A DNA stretch of 64,000 bases from Macrostomum lignano. Taxonomy: Eukaryota. Location of the stretch: positions 62,001 to 126,000 of the forward strand of contig NIVC01002029.1 of the NCBI GenBank assembly GCA_002269645.1, given 5' to 3'. Each line of letters begins with the position of its first letter. Positions within the stretch are counted from its first letter, which is position 1. The notes under the pieces are model-generated. The model ran no database searches. It was not told the DNA's origin and saw only the letters and a program-made list of their open reading frames with translations. This document shows positions 14,910-64,000 of the stretch, piece by piece. The translations under genes and the position numbers were made by a program.

Positions 14910-15310
14910 TTTAGCTATAGATCAATTGATGATCTAGCTATAAATCTATGGATGATCTAGCTATAGATCAATTGATGATCTAGCTATAGATCAATTGATG
15001 ATCTAGCTATAGATCAATTGATGATCTAGCTATAGATCAATTGATGATCTAGCTATAGATCAATTGATGAGCTAGCTATAGATCAATTGATGAGCTAGCT
15101 ATAGATCAATTGATGAGCTAGCTATAGATCAGTGGATGATCTAGCTATAGATCAGTGGATGATCTAGCTATAGATCAGTGGATGATCTAGCTATAGATCA
15201 GTGGATGATCTAGCTATAGATCAGTGGATGATCTAGCTATAGATCAGTGGATGATCTAGCTATAGATCAGTGGATGATCTAGCTATAGATCAATGGATGA
15301 TTTAGCTATA
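14910..15310. repeat. 23-bp quasi-palindromic minisatellite (GATCTAGCTATAGATCAATTGAT)n
   Basis: About 17 copies; the left block has AATTGAT and the right block AGTGGAT. Confidence 0.95.
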
Positions 15311-16296
15311 TGAAATCAATCAATCCATCTCTGGAGTCTCAAACTGGGATTTGAAACTAGCCAGTCAAAGCTTCTATAAGCTTGCAAATTTTAGCATACA
15401 AAGTTAGGCCAGCACCAGGGGCATTCGTCCTAAGCCATGGGTGCAACAGCTTGCACACAGGATCTGCTGCAGCCTGTTTACCCACACTACCAACTCTTCA
15501 ATCGGATTTGTAGGCAGCGGTATCCGTATTGTTAAAAATAAAACTTGCCTTGAGTAGCCCGCAACATGAGCAGTGGGGAAGATTAGTGGCGGGTAGAGAG
15601 GGTCAAGTCAAAGAGATTAAATTGGGACTACTGGCCCCAACGCATTGGTGAGGGCAAGTCTTGCTTTTTTATAAAGCAAGTTAGAATAACTGGGTGCCCC
15701 CAACCATTGCTCCCAACAAAGAGACGCTGCAGTTCCTGTCTCTCCCCACACAGCAGCTTTTGAATGAGCTTAAAGCCATATCAGGGAAGCAAATGGTAAA
15801 TTATTACCCGTAGCTATACATAAGCTGGTCGGCTTCTGAGATCACCTTCCTAACCCCCCCCCCGCATCTATCCGCCTCTGTTCCCCAACCCTCATTTCTG
15901 CTCCCGTGGGATAAGCAAGCTCCAATACCAAAAACTAGCTTACGAGTTCAATGCTCACAAGGCGATATTGTTTTCCGACTAATTCAATGCGTAGACTGAT
16001 TGATTGCCCCTCTCGCTAAAGCCCTCCCGCTCTCTCTTCTGCGCTATTGTTAAGCTGCCAAACTCAAAGAGAGCAAGGCGCCACACGGTGCTAGGATTGG
16101 CTGCAATGGCTCAATGGCTTGATCAGGGCTGCGCTTGCTCCATTGCCCATCAGTTGTGACTGTAGCTCTCTTCCTTGTGTTCTGGCTGAATGGGTGTGGG
16201 ATATACCCATGGTTGGGAGGTGAGATAGCGGTGGGAAACTGAGAATTGGAGAAGGATAGATCAGATCCCAGCTCACTTCCTATCGCAGCGTCAGCC

Positions 16297-16568
<272 letters not shown>

Positions 16569-18589
16569 CATCTTTTATCACCACTCGACTATCAGACTAA
16601 AACATTATACAACTGTGACCGCATGCACCAGACCAGTTGGAGATTGAACAAAACTGATATATAGATCGGGGAGCAGGCAGAAGCGTTCTGAAAGTTAGAA
16701 GGCGCCTTGACGGCTAGTTCCGGAACGCTCTCTCTCTCTCTCCCCGTCCCCTGCGTGGCTCCGAGAAGTGAGATCGGAATTAGGTTGGCGAGGCAATGAG
16801 CGGGTTTGGCCTGAAATCTCAAAGCCTCTCTGAGCAGCAGCCGACAGTTTGAGCTTAGTGAATCCCTTTGCATTGTTGTGCATTGCTCTGCTCACTGCAG
16901 TGTGCAGTTCAGCTTCAGTAAGTCACAGAGCTGCAGATCGGACATACAATTGTTATGCTAAAGCTAGTTGAGTGCTGTGGGACCAGGAGAGACAGGAGAG
17001 GGGAGAGGGGGGAGAGGGGAGAGGAGAGGGGAGAGGATAAGGGAGAGGGGAAGCGGTACTGCAAGGGGTGACTGCAAAAAGACGCGCATTGGCTGGGCCG
17101 GCTTTGTTATGCTTTGTTGGGGTTCTTTTTTTGCTAATGGAATCCCAGCTCCGGCCTGCCTTTTCCAACCCTTCTCTTCGCGTTCCCCAACCCGCGTAAT
17201 TTCCCCTCTAAACCTACAGCCGATCCAGTTCTCTGGGGGGATCAGACAATGGGGAGAGAGCGGCAAGCAGGAGGTTGGCTTTGCAGGTGACTGGAGTGAC
17301 TCAGAGAGGCGGCTCACAAGTGACTGTGTGTGTCGGTACCGCTTATTATAAAAACACCGACGAGAGTAGGAGGGAGCTGGTATTAGGGCCCCCTCTCTTC
17401 TCTTCCTCTTCAGCTCTACTAGCTCAACTGTATAACATTTCTGCAAGTGCTGCGGCTCCCGCTACTCCAGCCTCCTGAAACTGTGTGTTTTTCTTCTTCT
17501 GTTTCTGCCCTTTTTTGTGCCTGCTCGCAAGTGCTGCATAATTTTTGAGAAGCTACTCAAGGCCAGGTACGAACACTGAGGCATCCGATTTGAGACAGTT
17601 GTAGACAAGACAAGGTGGATGAGCAGGGCAGGCGCAGAATAGTTATCATGGCTTCTCAGCGTCATAACTGTTTAGCAAATCTCAACTATCTCTCTCCATT
17701 AGTAGCCGGTGGCAGGGAAAATGTTAGCTTAGGAGAGAGAGCAGAGAGCAGTATAAAAAATTGGGCACTTTGGTAAATGAATTTTTTATTCGGATAGCAG
17801 GCACAATAAGTGGGGCAGTTGAGAATGGAACAGCTAGAGAGAGATAGGATAGTGTAGACAAGGGGTTGCCTTCGCATTGTTGCACATTCTTCTCAACTTC
17901 AGTCAGTCGGTCTTGCTCAAACTCACTGAGTCGTATTTATTTATCTCGGTCTGAGTCTATTTAACCCCATATTAGATCTGTTTATTCGTTAGCTAGCTGC
18001 CCACGCCTAAGTCACTGAGGCGACAGGCACTGACCGACAAACTAGAATGACAGTCTTCTAAGTCTTTTTAAAAGCTACTCAAAAACTTCTAGTCTTCTTC
18101 TAGAATGACAGCAACAACAAAGACCTATGACTAGCTGCATATGGTAAGTGGCTGCATAGCACTGCTCGCACACTGTAATAAAGGCTAAAGTTAAAATAAC
18201 TGAGACTTTTCCAGAGCATTCACAGAGCAATGATTGTCCAAACGCAATTCTTGCACAAATCATCGACGCAAAATCGACAAGAACTGTGTTCGGACATCAG
18301 TGCCTGGCTCAGTGATCTTCGGTGTTGCACACCTGCATGCCATGTGCTAGTGCTGCATGTGCTAGTGCACTATTTCCATAGGTTGAATTGAAGGCATTCA
18401 TGCATGAGACGGTATGTCATCGTCTCCACTATGTGCTATGTATCAATTTTATCATTTTTTGAGGGAGGCAATTTATATAAGTGAAATTAAATATACAGTT
18501 ACATTACATCGGTGCGTTTTTTTGAAAGCCTTTTAATTTAATCTTCTTTTTTTGAAAAAGAGTACCGGGGTCTTTAAAAATAGTGCTAG

Positions 18590-19620
18590 CAGGATCTCTA
18601 GAAGGGTTCCGGGGTCTCTAAAGGGTGTGCCAGGGCCTAGAGGGGTTCTGGACTTCTGGGGTCTCTAGAGGGTGTGCCGGGGCCTAGAGGGGTTCTGGAC
18701 TTCTGGGGTCTCTAGAGGGTGTGCCGGGGCCTAGAGGGGTTCTGGACTTCTGGGGTCTCTAGAGGGTGTGCCGGGGCCTAGAGGGGTTCTGGGGTCTCTA
18801 GAAGAGTTCAGGGGTCTTTAGAGGGTGTGCCAGGGTTTCTAGGGGGATTCTGGGTTCCCTAGAGGGTGTGCCAGGGTTTCTAGGGGGATTCTGGGTTCCC
18901 TAGAGGGTGTGCCAGGGTCTCTAGAAGGGTTCATGGACTTCTGGGTTCCCTAGAGGGTGTGCCAGGGTCTAGAGGGGTTCTGGGTTCCCTAGAGGGTGTG
19001 CCAGGGTGTCTAGAAGGGTTCTGGACTTCTGGGTTCCCTAGAGGGTGTGCCAGGGTCTCTAGAAGGGTTCTGGACTTCTGGGTTCCCTAGAGGGTGTGCC
19101 AGGGTCTCTAGAAGGGTTCTGGACTTCTGGGTTCCCTAGAGGGTGTGCCAGGGTCTCTAGAAGGGTTCTGGACTTCTGGGTTCCCTAGAGGGTGTGCCAG
19201 GGTCTCTAGAAGGGTTCTGGACTTCTGGGTTCCCTAGAGGGTGTGCCAGGGTCTCTAGAAGGGTTCTGGACTTCTGGGTTCCCTAGAGGGTGTGCCAGGG
19301 TCTCTAGAAGGGTTCTGGACTTCTGGGTTCCCTAGAGGGTGTGCCAGGGTCTCTAGAAGGGTTCTGGACTTCTGGGTTCCTTAGAGGGTGTGCCAGGGTT
19401 TCTAGAGGGGTTCTGGGTTCCCTAGAGGGTGTGCCAGGGTCTCTAGAAGGGTTCTGGACTTCTGGGTTCCCTAGAGGGTGTGCCAGGGTCTAGAGGGGTT
19501 CTGGGTTCCCTAGAGGGTGTGCCAGGGTCTAGAGGGGTTCTGGGTTCCCTAGAGGGTGTGCCAGGGTCTAGAGGGGTTCTGGGGTCACTAGAGCTGGAAT
19601 ATGGGGTCTTTAGAAGGGTG
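18590..19620. repeat. 49-bp minisatellite (CTCTAGAAGGGTTCTGGACTTCTGGGTTCCCTAGAGGGTGTGCCAGGGT)n
   Basis: Period 49 measured at 19021/19070; shorter variants of about 40 bp at both ends. Confidence 0.95.
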
Positions 19621-22313
19621 GCGTGCATGCATGGTCTCTATCATGTAGAAGGGGGGCCGCAAGGGTATCTGGGTCTCTGAGGGTCAATGCTATGACTTTG
19701 CAGGGCCTCTACATGGGCGCCAAAGCATTATTGTGCACATACGAGCCACATACATGTACATGTATTTTGGATAATTTTAGTTTAATCTAGTCTATCAGGT
19801 ATAGCTACGAAGAATTTTACGGACGCTGAGAATTTTTGGCTTCAGACTTGGAGCATGCACAGTGTACAACAAATTGCAATATACTGTTTTCATGTAAGTC
19901 TTCCTTGTTACATGCATTTCTATCAAACTTGATATATAGTCCTAATACAACTAGAAGAATTATACGCTTCATTTTATCTAGGGATATTTTACTGTAACGT
20001 TAAAAGTACACGCATTAGTAGATGCAAAATTTGGCTGATACAGTACACATATGTACATTTACATACACCGCATATATACATTTTCTATAAGCAAGAATGA
20101 AGCTAAAGACACTAAATTATTATTAATTTATTTTTCATAACTTTTAAAAGATTTATCGAAACAATGTTTTATGAATAAATAATCACATTATTTCGATTTT
20201 AAAGAGCATGTTTTTGATTCTGGTATTGAGTATATCCTATAGCTGTGATAAAAAAATCGAAAAAGTCGAATGATATAAACAGTACACTGATGGCTATGCT
20301 TTTACAAAATGGTTTCTTAATGGTCGACGGTCGTAAATTCAAGGACCTTGGGTAAATTACCTGTACCCATGATGTTTTAAATATGTAGCTTACTGTATAG
20401 AAACAGCACGTGTGTGTATGCTTTAAGGACGAGTTTACATGTACATGTAAATGTAAATGTAAAATCCTGTGAGCTCACGTATCTGTAAAAAATAAGTGTA
20501 CACACATGTACGTGTACAACAATACCTGCGTTTGATCTCTAGCGGTACCACACTAAAAAAGTACAAGGTACCTACACAAAACTCACAAAGTGCTTCATGT
20601 GATATACTGCACTCAGTGGTGTGATTTTTAATACATGTAGTTCAAAACGAAACTAACAAAGCCTTTGTTGCATTGAATATTTATCCAATTATTTTTATTT
20701 TTAAGGAAAAATCCCACTTGTACTCTGATAATTTTTTGCCTGATGTACTAAGGACCACTGTATATAGCAGGACGTAAAACTCAAAGATCTCGTGTATTTT
20801 TTTAGGTCGATTTCCTGGAAAAAATAAGTGGTCTAACTAACTAAGATAAGTAATACGGCGCCTCAGCCATTGAGCAGGCTCTTACGCCACTAGAGAAATA
20901 TTTAGGTTCTAGATAGGGAGTGTACTTATGTACACTAAAAGCCAAGTTACACTATAGAGGACTGTACAGGGCAGAATCATAAAAACCAAACCTCCCCGGG
21001 GGACAGTGACAGCGGATCGACGAACCAGTCAGGAGCCCGTGCCCAAAAACCAGGTTAGATAGACCCCTTAGCCTATTAGGGATGGCCCGAAGGCCTAGAG
21101 CCGTGGCAACCATGCTGGGGCCGACCGCCCACCACCCCTCCATGGAAAAAATTGGTCCTTGTGATTTACCTGCATTTATATCGACATTTACGAAGCCGAA
21201 CTTTTTGTTGCAGTAAAACAAAGTAGATAAACATTGTAACTTATCTTACGAGTAGGTTTATAAATGAGTCATTTAGAATTATTAATTCAATTTTAATACA
21301 TTCAAGACAAAGTTAAAATTGATTTTTTACACTATGCTTTAATTTACATGTGTTTACTTTGATGTAGATTTAATGCAGACAAAATTAAATTCCTCATTCT
21401 CAAACATTCTTGTTCAGACTACATTTTTCATTTTTGTAATGTCATCGTTTCGATGTTGATGGTTTTGAGATATAACTGCATTAAACTGGCTAGTATTTTT
21501 TATCAATAATTTGTTACGCTCCTTAAACTTGAATTGAATTGACGCAGGGACTGTAGTAAACATTGTAGGGCATGATGTACATAGCTCAATCGAGAAGAGA
21601 CTATTGCTTGTAGTTTATCTTCATCAAGCTAAGGCATCGGCTAGCTAGTCAATATTTATACTCTTTATCTTCATCGAAATGTCGTAACCTATTTTCAAAG
21701 AAATATTAAATTATTTGTATAATTATATTAATTTCAATAATATAAATGCATGCAATAGGGAAACACAATTTCAACTCACGAATTATCTTGTGAAAAAAAA
21801 TTTGGTGTCTTATATATGCTATATTTTAATCAATATTATAGATAAATTTTCATATGATCTTGAGGGCTAATAAAACTGCTTTTCTGCTTTACTTAAAGTT
21901 ATTAAAAGTATTGAAAATTAAAGTTTTTTGCTCGTTTTTTCCATATTCTCATAGTAATTAATAAAATGTTTAAGATTTTAAGTTAAAGATGCAATATTAA
22001 AAACAAAAATAATTCTCTAATGCTAAATTCTTGAATATTTCTTGTACTTTATTATTTAAATAATGTATAAGTAGAAAGGGCTAAAATTATGCTTTTAACT
22101 TGGCATTAGCTTGTTTTGTTTAATCAAGTATATTTTAATATATATTCATTAAGAGTTGCCTAATATTTGAGTTCATTTTAAAACTAAACTACTTAAATTC
22201 TGAAATGTCCATTAAAAATTATTCGACTTATAATTTTTCAAATTTTCGAAATGCTTTTATATCAGGTTTTATAAAAATTTACAATTGATGCAATAGCCAC
22301 CCAAAGCCCCTCC

Positions 22314-62358
<40,045 letters not shown>

Positions 62359-62369
62359 CCAGCTGATTA

Positions 62370-62620
62370 GCTAATTAGGACTGTCTGAACAACTAATTAG
62401 GACTGTCTGACCAACTAATTAGGACTGTCTGACTAACTAATTAGGACTGTCTGACCAATATAATTAGGAGTGTCTGACCAATTTAATTAGGACTGTATGA
62501 CCATTTTAATTTAGGGCTGTCTGACCATCTAATTAGGACTGTCTGACCATCTAATTAGAACTGTCTGACCAATTTAATTAGGACTGTCTGACCAACCGAT
62601 AAGAAACGTCTGATCAGCTG
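62370..62620. repeat. 22-bp minisatellite (CTAATTAGGACTGTCTGACCAA)n directly after the gene C stop codon
   Basis: Starts about 12 nt after TGA 62358. Confidence 0.9.
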
Positions 62621-64000
62621 ATTAGTATGTTTTGATACTCTATCAACTTTCTGCCATTTTAAATGCAATTGTTTTAGCAATTACTACATCTAGTTATTGA
62701 TGTTTAATTGACAATTTGTATTGGATTTCATTCTTACATTGTTTTTATTCCATGCACTTGCGATACTACTACTTGTACTACTACTAAATGGCTAACTCTA
62801 TACTACTTATCAGTAACAAGCAGGCCAACCAACCGCACTATATAGCTAGTTGAATGTTTATCGCTGCGCGATGGCCCTTAATCATTGCAAAGTTTCTGTT
62901 CCGCAGCTTCTGTTCTACATCATCTTTTTTTAAGCAGTTCAGTTCTATGGGTAACTTACAGGTAAAGAAGGTAAGGATTTGTTATATTCCATTATGCTTT
63001 TCTGACATTCCATTCAACGCCTGCTATTTATTGCCACGAACTAGTCCCAGTTTAAATAAATCTTTATTTCTAAGAAATTTTTGTTATAGTAACTGTCCCG
63101 CTCTGTTTTAAAATAGCTGATTTCTTAGAAACCAACATTCCACTGCTGCGGTCGGATCACGCACACTCTAGGAAAGCGAGAAAAATAATGTATTTTTATT
63201 TATATTTTTTGCCGTTTAGTGAGCTTTGATTATTAAATATTGGTATTCGGAATTCTGTGAACAAATTTTCAGTGTTTTAAAAAACCGCCTTTTCGTGACA
63301 GTTTCATTTATACATGTTTATTGTTTTACTGACTGGCTGCGCTTTGTAATACATTTATTTTTTCTATTATTTTCTTCTAAGGGAAGTTTAATTATCTAGG
63401 CTTGAGTGAGCTCAGTAGTTTAATCTACTCAATAAATCAGCCAGACACATGTACATGTCATGATGAAAATAAAATGGAGCTATCTGTGACTAGTGGCGTC
63501 TTTATATAAATTTACTCTGGCATTGAAACAGGCTCTTGGGCCAGAGAGTTTAAGTATTGTGCACAGTTGTTCCTTATTTTGCACAAAGTTTATCGGCAGT
63601 TAATTATTTTACGATTGATGTTACACACGGTTATATTGTACCATAGACGCTAATTATCATCAGAAAAGTTAATAGAAACTCAGAGATAATACTCTGCTAG
63701 ATATGTAAGCTCTAGTCATTTTATTCAAACAGCATTTTAAAACTTCTGACGCAAAAAAGGTACAGAGTAAAGGCTGAAAATTTTATTCGAACTATGCACT
63801 ACTTGACGTACTCTCTGATGCTGCACTTGTTGGTAAGACTTGTTTTCACTGTTATTGCTGATGGCCTTTTAAACCAGGTAAAAATAATCTTCAATGAGAT
63901 GTACTGTACAAGCGGAGCTTCGATAAGCCACCAAGCCCCACCCCAAATCAGATGTACACTCAAGCCCTCCTCACTCCGATAAACCGCCAGGTAGGGGTCA

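Noticed and set aside
20980-21150. Definite HDV-like ribozyme, RNase P/MRP, SRP or telomerase RNA
   Set aside because: I could not place the required conserved cores by eye; it is kept only as an unclassified structured-RNA candidate.
63899-63990. Possible exon of a downstream gene (DVLYKRSFDKPPSP...NRQ|GTAGGG)
   Set aside because: The donor is good, but the acceptor is weak (GAG) with an in-frame stop just upstream, and the window ends. Support is insufficient.

Overview
Eukaryotic (metazoan) genomic DNA with GC-rich exons and repeat-filled introns. The style is reminiscent of a free-living flatworm such as Macrostomum, but that is inference only. Three spliced genes were reconstructed by hand with phase-consistent GT-AG junctions: (A) an orphan 228-aa proline-rich gene on the minus strand (6476-2256); (B) MORN5 on the plus strand, head-to-head with A (8186-10225); (C) a 16-exon, 1268-aa uncharacterised helical-repeat-like gene (22314-62358). 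Most introns carry their own minisatellite, and most long ORFs in the supplied track are read-through of these repeats. The main feature is intron 11 of gene C. A 39-bp satellite there is split at a single A|T site by a 22.3-kb head-to-tail stack of eight Helitron-type elements (5' TC...TATATACTAA; 3' GC hairpin + CTAG) from at least three subtypes. One element carries a gene with six 23-aa STPR-like repeats, an OTU cysteine-protease domain and a possible OB-like tail; it has one 1-bp frameshift. No Rep/helicase ORF is visible. Introns 6 and 8/9 of gene C carry the same 14-bp satellite in opposite orientation around an in-frame exon block. Gene coordinates are hand-derived and repeat boundaries are approximate.
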